DNA of 64,000 bases from a bacterium (GTDB taxonomy: Bacteria; Chloroflexota; Dormibacteria; Aeolococcales; Bog-877), in contig JAJYXT010000100.1 of NCBI GenBank assembly GCA_021801645.1, positions 4,364 to 68,363 on the forward strand. The letters run 5' to 3'. Position numbers and translations under genes: made by a program. Positions 18,043 through 26,889 of the stretch are shown here, one piece after another. Within the stretch, counting starts at the first letter, position 1; every line of letters begins with the position of its first letter. The notes beneath the pieces were generated by a model. The model made no database searches, was not told where the DNA came from, and worked only from the letters and a program-made list of their open reading frames with translations.

Positions 18043-18073
18043 TGCATATTTATGCACGGGAACGCATGATGCG
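18043..18073. promoter_or_regulatory. ARG-box-like ArgR operator(s) upstream of argC
   Basis: TGCATAttTATGCA (18043-18056) has perfect 6-bp inverted arms and matches the actinobacterial ARG-box core TGCAT...ATGCA. A weaker CGCATgATGCG lies at 18063-18073. The first box sits 12 nt upstream of the argC ATG. Confidence 0.6.
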
Positions 18074-18096
18074 GGGAAACCGGCGATAATCCACAC

Positions 18097-18951
18097 GTGC
18101 TCAGGAGGGGCCGGTTGCGCCCGCCACGGGTGCGCCAGCTCTGGGCTGCGGACCGGGATGAGGTCGAGGCTTGCCTGGGTCAGAGTCCCTTGGAGAACGT
18201 GTTCCTGCGCAGCGAGGTGCGCCGGGGAGCGCTCCGTGACGGCGCCCTCCTGGGAGTCCAGCGGGCGGGGGAGCGCCGGGTCCGGGGAGTTGCGCTGAGG
18301 GGGCCGCTGCTGGTGCCCTGGGCGCCCCAGGCCCCCGACCTGGCCGCCCTGGCGGAGGCTCTCCGCCCCACTCTGCACCGGGTCCAGTTGATCGTGGGAC
18401 CGAAGGACCAGGTGGAACGGCTGCAGCGTCTCTGCGAGGGGGACCTCCGACCGGTCCGCCTGCTGCGCGGCGAGCAACCTCATTACTCGGTGACCGCGGA
18501 GCAGCTTCGCCCGGTGCCGGGACCGCGGGCCCCGCTGCGGCTGGCTCGGATCCAGGACCTGGAGCGCGTCGCCCAGGCCGGAGCGGCCATGCACCTGGAG
18601 GAGATGGGCTTCAATCCGCTGGAGCTCGATCCGGTCGGCTGGAGGGAGCGGGTGGTCACCGCCATCCGGCGCGGATGGGTGCACCTGTGGGAGGAGGACG
18701 GGAGGATCGTCTTCAAGGCGGAGTGTTCGGCGGTGACCCCGGAGGCGATCCAGATCCAGGGCGTGTGGACCGACCCCGAGCTCCGGGGCCAGGGCCGGGC
18801 GTCCGCCGGCATGGCCGAGGTCTGCCGGACGCTCCTCGCCAGCACCGGCGCCGTGACTTTGTTCGTCAACGACTTCAACCTGCCCGCCATCCGGGTTTAC
18901 GAGAAGGTCGGCTTCACCCGGATCGGCACCATGCGCTCGGTGCTCTTCTGA
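18097..18951 (+). CDS. GNAT-family N-acetyltransferase (DUF4081-like N-terminus)
   Basis: The C-terminal GNAT core is IQGVWTDPELRGQGRASAGMAEVCR...NLPAIRVYEKVGF. The start may instead be GTG 18130 (VRQLWAADRDEVEA). Confidence 0.75.
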   Translation: MLRRGRLRPPRVRQLWAADRDEVEACLGQSPLENVFLRSEVRRGALRDGALLGVQRAGERRVRGVALRGPLLVPWAPQAPDLAALAEALRPTLHRVQLIVGPKDQVERLQRLCEGDLRPVRLLRGEQPHYSVTAEQLRPVPGPRAPLRLARIQDLERVAQAGAAMHLEEMGFNPLELDPVGWRERVVTAIRRGWVHLWEEDGRIVFKAECSAVTPEAIQIQGVWTDPELRGQGRASAGMAEVCRTLLASTGAVTLFVNDFNLPAIRVYEKVGFTRIGTMRSVLF

Positions 18952-19049
18952 CCTGGAGGTCACCAACCGCCCCGAGCAGGGCGGCACCGCCGTCGTCTCG
19001 GCGCTCGGCAATTCGCCACTGGGGGCGCTGCTCATAGTATTGGTCGGTC

Positions 19050-19424
19050 ATGCCCCCGGCCTGGCAGCGGGCGGCCCGGGCTCTGTTCCCGGTCTTGGTG
19101 CTGCTGGCGGCGCTGGCGGTGGCGGGTCCGCTCTGGCCTGCCATCACCGCGATGGTGGCACTCACCATCTACTGACTGAACAGCCCCGCAGTCAAATTCG
19201 CCGCCCGCGGCGACGGCGCGGCCTTCGTCGACGTGCTGACGGCGCTCTCCGCTATCCGGATCCCGCCGCCCCTGGCCGCCTTCTCGAACAGCTGTCGGAG
19301 CCCGGACGAGTACCTGACGCAGATCCCCCGCTGGCTCTGGACGGGGTCGTCATCCTGCTGGGGGGAAGAAAGGGCCGACCTCGAAGGCCAGCTCCCAACT
19401 GGCCTCCTCCCCCCAGGGGAATGA
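19050..19424 (+). other. small membrane-anchored ORF interrupted by in-frame TGA 19173-19175 (pseudogene or recoding)
   Basis: ATG 19050 opens a 41-codon TM-like ORF (ALFPVLVLLAALAVAGPLWPAITAMVALTIY), too short for the track. The same frame continues after the TGA with high third-position GC (LNSPAVKFAARGDGAAFVDVLTAL...) to 19424. Confidence 0.3.
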
Positions 19425-19462
19425 CCCCCGTGGTGTTTGATCCCGCTCCGGCCGGGAGGTCA

Positions 19463-21775
19463 CTAGGCGACGTCGCGCACCCCCGGCAGAGCCGCCACGG
19501 GCGCGTGGGAGAGGCGGGAAGGCCACCAGTTCCAGCGTCCCAGCAGGACCACGAATGAGGGGACCACCAGGGTGCGGATGATGAAGGTGTCCATGAACAC
19601 CCCGGCGGCGATGCCAAAGCCGATCTGCTGGATCTGAGAGCCACCCGAGCCGCTGCCGGCGATCGCGAGCACTGCGAAGGTGCCGCCCAGGACCAGACCG
19701 GCGGTGCTGACGGTGGTCCCGGTCATGCCCACGGCCCGGCGCACGGCCTGGCGCAGGGGCATCTGCTGGACCTCCTCGCGGATGCGGGTCATCATCAGGA
19801 TGTTGTAGTCCGACCCCAGCGCCATCAGGAACACGAACATCAGGAAGGGAAGGATGAAGTTGATCCCGTCCTGGCCCAGCAGGTGCACGAAAATCACCGC
19901 CACTAGCCCCAGCGCCGCCAGGTAGGAGAGCACGACGCTGACCACCAGGTAGAGGGGAGCGACCAAGCTCCTCATCACCAGTGCCAACAAGATGGCGATC
20001 AACACCGCGACCAGGGGGATGATGTGGACGAGGTCGCTGTTGGACAGGCTCTGGACGTCATAGGCAAAGGGCAGAACGCCAAAGAGCCCGTTGTCAGTGG
20101 CCCCGATCCGACTGGCCACTCGGGCGATCGCGGCACGCACCGCTGGGACCGCCGCGATCGCCTTGGGGGAGCTGTCGCTGTTGTTCAGCAGCAGGGTCGA
20201 GAACTGGATGGTCCGGCCCTCAGGGCTGATGAACTGGGCCAGTTCCCGGTAGGAGTTGTAAAGGCTGGGGCTGATGGGCAGCGAGGCTGGCTCGGTGGGC
20301 GGCAGGAGCCCGGGGGCGCCCAGCTGCCGGTGCAGGGAGGTGATCTCAGCGGGCGTCAGTCCCGAGGCCGCGGCCGGGCCGATCACGGTGCGGAACTGGC
20401 CCGTCTGTTGGAGGCCCAGCTGGGCGGTGGCGAGGACTCCCGGGTCACTCCAGGCGGAGCTGTGCAGATCGAACAAAACCGCTGAAGCCTGCACGTTGGA
20501 GGCGGGGAAGTCCTTGGCCAACACCGCTGCCCCCGCCGCTGAGTCGGTCCCGCTGGGCGCGCTGGCGTTGGCGAAGCCGGCGGTGGTGCCGGTGAGCGAG
20601 CCGACCGCCAGGCCGCCGAAGACCACCACCCCCGTCACCACGAGCCAGAACGGATGGCGCACCACCGCGCCCGCCATGCGCCCGTAGATGCCGGTCCGGG
20701 GGGTCTCCTCCCTGGAGGTGCGGGTGGGCCAGAAGACCGCCCTCCCGAAGATGGCCAAGAGGGCGGGAAGCAAGGTGAGCCCGGCCAGCAGCATCAGCCC
20801 GATGCCGATCGCCAGTGCTGGCCCCAGGCTCTGGTAGATGCCGAACTGGGCCAGGATCAGGCTGAGCAAGGCGGCGATCACGGTCAGCGCCGAGAAGGTG
20901 ATCGACTCCCCCACCGTGCTGACCGCCGTCACCACCGCCTGATGGGGGTCGAGCCCCCGGCGCAGCTCCTCCCGAACACGAAACACCAGGAACAGGCCGT
21001 AGTCGGTGCCCGCCCCCAGCACCAGCACGATCAGGATTACTTGAGTGATCACGGACACCTGGACTCCGACATGGGTCGCCTCCGCGACCACCGGGCCGGA
21101 GAGGGCCAGCACCAGGGCCGCCGGCAGCAGGGTTACGAACGGCGCCAGCACCGCCCGGAAGGCCAGCAGCAGCAGCGCGATGATGAAGATCACGGAAAAC
21201 AATTGGGTCAGGTTTTGCGACTGCTTGGAGGACTGCTGACTGTCGATCACGGTGGGCAGGTCTCCGGTGAGGTGATAGGTCAGCCCGGGCACGCTGGCCG
21301 CCGTGAAGTCGGCTCGGATGGACGCCACCAGAGCGGGCCCGTCCCCGCCCCCGAAGGCTGGCACGGCTGCCTCGATGAGGGCCTGGCGCGCCTCTCCATT
21401 GGGTGAGGTGCCCAGGTCCCGCACCAGCTTGACCTTGGGCAGACGGCTGATCTTGGCCTCGAACCGGGTGACCGCCGCCTGCTGCGTTGGCGACAATGGC
21501 CCGTCGCTGCTGACCGCCACCAGAGTGGACGCCGCCAGCGTCGAGTTCTGGAAGGGGCGGGCCAGCTGGGCTGCCCGCATGCTGGGGGCGTTGCTGGGCA
21601 GGAAGGCGGAGTTGGAGTCCTTGCTGACCGAGGCCAGGGTTGGCAGCAGGTGGACGCAAACCACCGCCACCACGACCCAGGCCACCACCACGGGAACCCG
21701 AAAGCGCACCACGAAACGGCCGAGGCCGGCGAAGAAACGGCTCAAGATTTCATTCCCGGCACCGGTGGCTGGCAC
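19463..21775 (-). CDS. MMPL-family RND-type membrane transporter
   Basis: 770 aa with two 6-TM blocks and large loops, and the MMPL-typical repeat GTDYGLFLVFRVREEL / GSDYNILMMTRIREE. Confidence 0.9.
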   Translation of the reverse strand: MPATGAGNEILSRFFAGLGRFVVRFRVPVVVAWVVVAVVCVHLLPTLASVSKDSNSAFLPSNAPSMRAAQLARPFQNSTLAASTLVAVSSDGPLSPTQQAAVTRFEAKISRLPKVKLVRDLGTSPNGEARQALIEAAVPAFGGGDGPALVASIRADFTAASVPGLTYHLTGDLPTVIDSQQSSKQSQNLTQLFSVIFIIALLLLAFRAVLAPFVTLLPAALVLALSGPVVAEATHVGVQVSVITQVILIVLVLGAGTDYGLFLVFRVREELRRGLDPHQAVVTAVSTVGESITFSALTVIAALLSLILAQFGIYQSLGPALAIGIGLMLLAGLTLLPALLAIFGRAVFWPTRTSREETPRTGIYGRMAGAVVRHPFWLVVTGVVVFGGLAVGSLTGTTAGFANASAPSGTDSAAGAAVLAKDFPASNVQASAVLFDLHSSAWSDPGVLATAQLGLQQTGQFRTVIGPAAASGLTPAEITSLHRQLGAPGLLPPTEPASLPISPSLYNSYRELAQFISPEGRTIQFSTLLLNNSDSSPKAIAAVPAVRAAIARVASRIGATDNGLFGVLPFAYDVQSLSNSDLVHIIPLVAVLIAILLALVMRSLVAPLYLVVSVVLSYLAALGLVAVIFVHLLGQDGINFILPFLMFVFLMALGSDYNILMMTRIREEVQQMPLRQAVRRAVGMTGTTVSTAGLVLGGTFAVLAIAGSGSGGSQIQQIGFGIAAGVFMDTFIIRTLVVPSFVVLLGRWNWWPSRLSHAPVAALPGVRDVA

Positions 21776-22308
21776 CCCGAGGTTGCGGAGATGGAGCGGC
21801 CGGCGGCCGGCTCCGCCCCGGCGACCCTCTCCAGGAGGTCGACCAGGGTCGTCAGATCGCGGTGGTCAAGCTGGGCCAAGAGAGCCTGGGTGCCGGACAC
21901 CAGCAGCTGCCCAGCCTGCTCCGCCATCTCCCGGGCGGGTGCCGTCAACTGCACCACCACGGCCCGGCGATCACCCAAGACTGGCAGCCGCTCCACCCAC
22001 CCGTGCTCAACCAGCCGGTCCACCAGCTCGGTGGCGCTGCTGGCGGTGACCCCCAGGTGACGGGCCAGATCGCCCATGGCCAGCGGACCCTCCTGATGCA
22101 AGGCAAGCAGGACCGCCCGCTGGTGCCGTGTGGCCTCCCTGAGGGTGGCGGAGAAGGCCTGACCTCCGGCATCCAGGGAGCCGGTGAGGCGGGTGCGGAT
22201 CATGTTCCCCAGGTGCCACTGCAACCGGATGAACCGGTTGATCAGCTCCTCGCGGCTCGGCACCGCCCGGGCCTGCTCGGAACCCGTTTCACTAGCTGGG
22301 CTGAACAT
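21742..22308 (-). CDS. MarR-family transcriptional regulator
   Basis: Start set at ATG 22308 (MFSPASE); the track ORF extends to 22524. wHTH: LLALHQEGPLAMGDLARHLGVTASSATELVDRLVEHGWVERLPVLGDRRAV. It lies upstream of, and overlaps, the MMPL gene. Confidence 0.85.
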   Translation of the reverse strand: MFSPASETGSEQARAVPSREELINRFIRLQWHLGNMIRTRLTGSLDAGGQAFSATLREATRHQRAVLLALHQEGPLAMGDLARHLGVTASSATELVDRLVEHGWVERLPVLGDRRAVVVQLTAPAREMAEQAGQLLVSGTQALLAQLDHRDLTTLVDLLERVAGAEPAAGRSISATSGCQPPVPGMKS

Positions 22309-22585
22309 GCGGATAAATGATACTTCGCACTCCGAAGATAGGGCGCGCGCCGAGTTCTCTGCCCGTCTCCCACCGGGGCACGGTCGGGCCCGTAGGGACT
22401 GTCCAGGTGACCGTGTAAATCCGGTCCAGCCGGCGGATGGGCTGGAGGGGCAGAACCATGGACACAGCGATCGAGACCAACCACCCGGCCGGGCAACAAG
22501 GGCCAGTGGTGAGGGCCAGGGCACGGATGACCGGGATGGCCAGCGGGACGAGCAGCTGATCGGCTAGCTGGCCGAGAGGGCTTAG

Positions 22586-22831
22586 GGTCCGGCCCTCACC
22601 CGGCGGAACATGGTGCTGGCGCAGCTGACCCGAGCGGTGACCGAAGGGGCTCCGGAGGCCGGGATGGACGCCCAGCTGGGCTACGCTCGGAGCCAGCGGA
22701 CTGAGGGTGAGGACGGCAACGTCCGCGACGGGACGCGTCCCAAGACGCTGCTGCCCGGCGTGGGGCCGGTGGAGGTTGGCATGCCTCGGGACCGGGCCGC
22801 CGGCTTCGGATCACTGCTCTGCACCCGGGCG
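22586..22831 (+). pseudogene. IS256/mutator-family transposase N-terminal fragment
   Basis: EAGMDAQLGYARSQR...NVRDGTRPKTLLPGVGPVEVGMPRDRAAGF matches the conserved E.E...HLGY...NxRNG..xKTL...G.v.i.vPRDR.G.F block. Similarity is lost after about 22800, and no catalytic DDE region follows. Confidence 0.6.
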
Positions 22832-22986
22832 GAACGGCAATCCCCAGGACCCCATCAGCACCCACCGGACAAGCTCACGACCGCCCCGAACTTGGTGCCA
22901 GCGGCGCGTCCCGCAGCGCCCCCGGGGGCTCCCTCGTGGCCCCTCCACTGATCCAGGCGTGAGCCCGGAGCTGCCCGCGGATACCT

Positions 22987-23934
22987 TCAGCCGCCCTCGA
23001 CCAGTGCCGGGGCGGGACGCCTGCGGCGGGCCAGGGCCGGCCCGCTCACCATGAGCACCACCCCCACCGTGATCATCACCGCAGCCGCCACCGTTCCCAG
23101 CGTCAAACCCTGTCCCAGGACCACCCACCCGAGCAAGATCGCCACCAGAGGGTTGACGTAGGCGTAGGTGGCCACGGTGGTGGTGGGAAGGTTGGCGAGC
23201 GCGAACACGTAGCAGGAGTAGCCGAGGAGAGATCCCCCGACCACGAGCCAGCCGAAGGCCAGGACCGTCGATGCTCCCACGTGCTGGACGTGGAATTGAT
23301 GCAGCTCTCCGGTGGCTGTCCCCAGCGCCACCAGGCCCAGACCACCCGCCAGCATCTCCAGCGCAGAGGCCTGAAGGAGGCTGCGCGGGAGGGACGCGGT
23401 CCTGGAGTACAGGGACCCCACGGCCCAGAGGAGTGAGGAGAGGAGTAACGCGGCGGCGAAGACTGGCTGAAGACGGCCGCCCGAACCGGGTCCGGCCAGC
23501 AGCGCGACTCCGGCGAGCCCCACCGCCACTCCAGCCCAGCCCAATACCCCGGGACTCGCAGTGCGGCTGAGTGCCACTCCAAGGACGGCCATCCAGAGGG
23601 GCACCGTGGCGATCATGAGGGCCGCCATCCCCGACGGCACCCGGAGCTCCGCCCAGCTGACAAGGCCGTTGGCGCCCAGCAGCAGGAGCGCCCCGACGAC
23701 CGCCGCTGACCGCAGTTCGCGAAGGCTGGGCCGATGGTGGCCAGAAGCCGTCCTCCCCGCGACTAGGTAGAGGATCACTCCGGCGACTAGGAAGCGGCTG
23801 CCGGCCATGAGAAAGGGGGGCACCCCTCGCACCGCCACCTGGATCGCGGTGAAGGTGGATCCCCACATGAAGTAGACGACCACCAGCGCCGCCCAGGCGA
23901 CCAGCCAGCGAGATCTGCGAACCTTGGTGAACAT
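22987..23934 (-). CDS. EamA/DMT-family transporter
   Basis: 315 aa with about 10 predicted TM helices. The N-terminus WGSTFTAIQVAVRGVPPFLMAGSRFLVAG is typical of EamA domains. It is divergent from an Lrp regulator. Confidence 0.85.
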   Translation of the reverse strand: MFTKVRRSRWLVAWAALVVVYFMWGSTFTAIQVAVRGVPPFLMAGSRFLVAGVILYLVAGRTASGHHRPSLRELRSAAVVGALLLLGANGLVSWAELRVPSGMAALMIATVPLWMAVLGVALSRTASPGVLGWAGVAVGLAGVALLAGPGSGGRLQPVFAAALLLSSLLWAVGSLYSRTASLPRSLLQASALEMLAGGLGLVALGTATGELHQFHVQHVGASTVLAFGWLVVGGSLLGYSCYVFALANLPTTTVATYAYVNPLVAILLGWVVLGQGLTLGTVAAAVMITVGVVLMVSGPALARRRRPAPALVEGG

Positions 23935-24017
23935 CTGTAAGTGCCCACTCCACGCGTCCTAAGTAACCAAGCCAATACTAGCGCCTGAGCTTCGAAACTT
24001 GTGGCACAATCGCGAAG

Positions 24018-24473
24018 ATGGATGACATCGACCGTCGCATCCTCGGCTTGCTCACCGTCAAGGGCCGTATGACCCTGGCGGCCTTGGGCGAGGCCGTGGG
24101 GCTCTCGGCTCCCGCGGTCCATGACCGAGTGCACCGGCTGGAGAACAGCGGCGTGATCCGAGGGTATGCCGCCCTGCTGGACCCCGACCTTCTACACCTG
24201 GGCACCGCGGCGATGGTTTCGATGACCCTGGGAGGGGACCCGGAGGCCCGCCAGGAGCTGGAGCTGCGGCTGGCCGAGGATCCGCGGGTCCTGGAGCTGC
24301 ACGAGGTCGCCGGCGACGACTGCTATGTGGCCAAGGTGCGGGTGAGCTCCCCCAAGGCGCTCGCTTCTCTCCTGGCCGAGCTCCGTCTGAGCTTCCCGGG
24401 GCTCAGCACCCGTTCCATGATGGTGCTGCGGTCGTGCTTCGAAAGGCCGCTCGGGCCGGGGGCCGAACAGTGA
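24018..24473 (+). CDS. Lrp/AsnC-family transcriptional regulator
   Basis: MDDIDRRILGLLTVKGRMTLAALGEAVGLSAPAVHDRVHRLENSGVIRGY followed by an RAM/ACT-like domain. Confidence 0.9.
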   Translation: MDDIDRRILGLLTVKGRMTLAALGEAVGLSAPAVHDRVHRLENSGVIRGYAALLDPDLLHLGTAAMVSMTLGGDPEARQELELRLAEDPRVLELHEVAGDDCYVAKVRVSSPKALASLLAELRLSFPGLSTRSMMVLRSCFERPLGPGAEQ

Positions 24474-24682
24474 GGCGCCACGGTCTGTTCACCGAAGAAG
24501 GGTCGCCGGCGAGCTAGGTGCCCGGACGGGCGAAGGCCTGATATGTCGCCTCCGATCCCCGGGCGGGGGCTTGAGCGAACGTGGCCAACTCCCTCCCGCA
24601 ATCGGCCACGGTGCGTTCAGAACCAATGCTCGTCCTCAGGGTCGCGTCTCGGGCCGGCTCCACCGAGCCTAAACAGCGGTCG

Positions 24683-24766
24683 TCACCCGAGGCGCGGGAG
24701 GTGGCGGTAGATGGAGGGGCGGCAGACGCCGAGCTCGGCGGCGCTCTCAGGGCGTCCTGCCCCATG
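24683..24766 (-). pseudogene. short recombinase/transposase-type HTH remnant
   Basis: A minus-strand frame between two stops reads PPHGAGRPESAAELGVCRPSIYRHLPRLG*, resembling the C-terminal HTH of serine recombinases/IS proteins (..aaeLGVSRpTiYRhL). It has no start codon and is very short. Confidence 0.25.
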
Positions 24767-24846
24767 CGGGGGTCATTCCTAAGCCCTGAAGGCGTTCAGG
24801 CCGCGCTCGTCGTTCCCCCCTCCGCTATTCCTCTGTTCCTCTGCTC

Positions 24847-25599
24847 CTATCGGCCGACGGCACCGGGGAGTAGGCGCGGTTCGATCCTGGTCTCCTCGGC
24901 CAGACCGTCGGGGCCGCGCTGAACGTGATAGGCGCCGGGGCCAGCCACCTCGGTCACCGCCTCCACCATCTCGGTTCCCCGGTAGACCAAGCCCACACCG
25001 TTGTCGGTGGCGTACCCCGCGGGCAGGACGCCCTCAGCCACGAGCCGCTGGAAGAGAGGCCGCCGTTGCTCCTCGGCGTCGTAGTGGACCCCGTTTGAGA
25101 ACGGCAGGAACCCGAGAGCGTCGGTGACAGGGCGCAACTCGGGGCCAAAGGAATCGGTGGTGCCCCCCACGTGCCAGCAGATCGAGCCAGCTGACACCCC
25201 AGCCAGCACCACGCCCGCCTCCCAACAGTCCCGTAGGATCCTGTCCAGGCCGTGAAGTCGCCACAGGGCCAGCAGGTTCGCCGTGCTTCCGCCACCGACC
25301 CACACGACATCCTGGGAGAGAAGGTGGGCTGCGGCGTCGGTCAGGTTGGGCATCGGGAACAGGTTGAGGCACGACACCACCACGTCGCGCTCGTAGTAGG
25401 CGGCGTGCATGGTCGCGTTCCACCAGGCTTGGTCGCCCCCAGCTGTGTTGATGAAGCACAGCCTCGGCGTGGACTTCGGCCGGGCCAGCTCCAGAGCGTA
25501 GTCGAGTAGCGGCCCGGGCCGCACGAGGGTCCGGGGATCAGGGAACAAGCCCCCACTGGTGGCAAGGATGGTCGGCATATCCGCAGGCATGAACCGCAT
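24847..25599 (-). CDS. peptidase E-like (S51) / type 1 glutamine-amidotransferase-like protein
   Basis: ILATSGG...VVWVGGGSTANLLALWRLHGLDRILRDCWEAGVVLAGVSAGSICW...SNGVHYD. Candidate starts are ATG 25599, 25590 or 25578; the track ORF extends to 25848. Confidence 0.75.
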   Translation of the reverse strand: MRFMPADMPTILATSGGLFPDPRTLVRPGPLLDYALELARPKSTPRLCFINTAGGDQAWWNATMHAAYYERDVVVSCLNLFPMPNLTDAAAHLLSQDVVWVGGGSTANLLALWRLHGLDRILRDCWEAGVVLAGVSAGSICWHVGGTTDSFGPELRPVTDALGFLPFSNGVHYDAEEQRRPLFQRLVAEGVLPAGYATDNGVGLVYRGTEMVEAVTEVAGPGAYHVQRGPDGLAEETRIEPRLLPGAVGR

Positions 25600-25871
25600 G
25601 ATGTCAGGCTGCGACGGCTCCACGCCGCTGGCCGCTCCGTTCGACCGGCTTGAGACGCCCTCCACGCCGCTGGCGGCCGCTGGTGACGACGAAGTATGGT
25701 GCGGTGGACCTGCCGCCGGGGCGACGTCCAGTGGATTGGCGACAGTTGCAGTCCGCCGGCCCGTCAGTGGCCCTGATAGCGGACTCATTCGCGGTGAGGC
25801 CAAGGCCGGGGTCACGTCCCGTATGGTGGTGTAAAAAGCGGGACCCACCTGGAGCCTGAAGAGGGTCTGGG

Positions 25872-26237
25872 GTGGGCCATCGCCCCCCAGCCCCTCCTCC
25901 AGAGCCTCCGCCGCCCTTCAGGATCTGCTGCGGCCGTGACCACCTGGGCTGGGTCAGCGCCTCGCCCCAGGTCGCGACCTTGGTCCTCGGCCCACCCCGC
26001 AGCGGCAAGACCAGAGGCCTGATCATCCCCAACGTGGCCGCTTGGGAGGGTCCGGTGGTGATCACCGACTCCAGCAGCCTCGACACCCCCGAGGGGGACA
26101 CCCAGGCCGCCCGCCAGGCGCTGGCCGCCCGCTCGGCAGGGGCGCACCCCGCCCTGGCTGCCACCACCCTCCTCAAGCAGGCGAAGCTGGCTGCTGCGGC
26201 TGCTGCCGAGCTCGCCACGGTGGCAGCCGGGGGATGA
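25872..26237 (+). pseudogene. fragment of a type IV secretion coupling protein (TraD/TraG/VirD4-like)
   Basis: ATLVLGPPRSGKTRGLIIPNVAAWEGPVVITDSS matches the Walker A region of conjugative coupling ATPases (vlvlGPtrSGKT.glviP.ll.w.GpvvatS.K). The rest of the roughly 500-600 aa protein is absent. Confidence 0.45.
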
Positions 26238-26315
26238 TCGACCGCCCGCCCGATGTGAGGCAGGAGGGCCAGGGAGGCCGCTCCTCTGGTCTGTCGAGCA
26301 TCCAAACTCCCCGTT

Positions 26316-26324
26316 TTGTACAAT
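26316..26324 (+). promoter_or_regulatory. palindrome TTGTACAA overlapping a TACAAT -10-like hexamer upstream of the antitoxin
   Basis: The 8-bp perfect palindrome lies at 26316-26323 and TACAAT at 26319-26324, 8 nt before ATG 26333. This could be a promoter or autoregulatory operator for a near-leaderless TA transcript. Confidence 0.3.
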
Positions 26325-26332
26325 CCGTAGGC

Positions 26333-26596
26333 ATGGAAGAGCTTGCGGTCAGCCAGGCCCGTGATCATCTGGGCGAGGCGGTGAATCAGGTCCAGTACGG
26401 GCGGGAGATGGTCTATCTCACCCGGCACGGCCGCCGGGTGGCGGCGCTGGTGCCAGTTGAGGTTTTGGAGGCCATCGAGGCCGCTGAGGATGCCGAGGAT
26501 GTGGCCGAGGCCGCCTCTGCCCTGGCCGAGCCCGGCCCCGACTTCCCTCTCGCCGAGATCCGCGCTGCTCTCGGGATCCCGCCCCGGACCCGCTGA
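26333..26596 (+). CDS. Phd/YefM-family type II antitoxin
   Basis: MEELAVSQARDHLGEAVNQVQYGREMVYLTRHGRRVAALVPVEVLEAIE. It is the internal ATG of track ORF 26042..26596 and sits directly upstream of the toxin. Confidence 0.85.
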   Translation: MEELAVSQARDHLGEAVNQVQYGREMVYLTRHGRRVAALVPVEVLEAIEAAEDAEDVAEAASALAEPGPDFPLAEIRAALGIPPRTR

Positions 26597-26613
26597 GTCC
26601 CGCGGGAAGCTGA

Positions 26614-26886
26614 TTGCCTGCTCAGGCCTACGAGGTCTGTCTGCGGCCGGCTGCCCGCCGCCAGCTGGAGAGGCTCGAGCGGGCTGTGCAGCTCCGTTTG
26701 ATCGAGGCCATGGCCGGCCTGGGAGAGCAGCCAAGACCAGCCGGAGTCAAGGCGCTCCAGGGTCTTCCGGGACTCCTCCGCCTCCGCGGTGGCTCCTACC
26801 GGGTGCTCTATCAAGTAAATGATGACCGGCTTCTGGTCCTGGTCCTGACCCTTGGCCACCGTCGCGACGTCTACCGCCGGCGCTGA
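26614..26886 (+). CDS. RelE/ParE-family type II toxin
   Basis: 90 aa. LRLIEAMAGLGEQPRPAGVKALQGLPGLLRLRGGSYRVLYQVNDDRLLVLVLTLGHRRDVY is the classic RelE/ParE C-terminal pattern. Confidence 0.85.
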   Translation: MPAQAYEVCLRPAARRQLERLERAVQLRLIEAMAGLGEQPRPAGVKALQGLPGLLRLRGGSYRVLYQVNDDRLLVLVLTLGHRRDVYRRR

Positions 26887-26889
26887 GGG

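Noticed and set aside
25604-26734. 376-aa minus-strand ORF spanning the T4CP fragment and the antitoxin
   Set aside because: It has no recognisable fold, is Arg/Gly/Pro-rich, and is antisense to the well-supported Phd/YefM gene.
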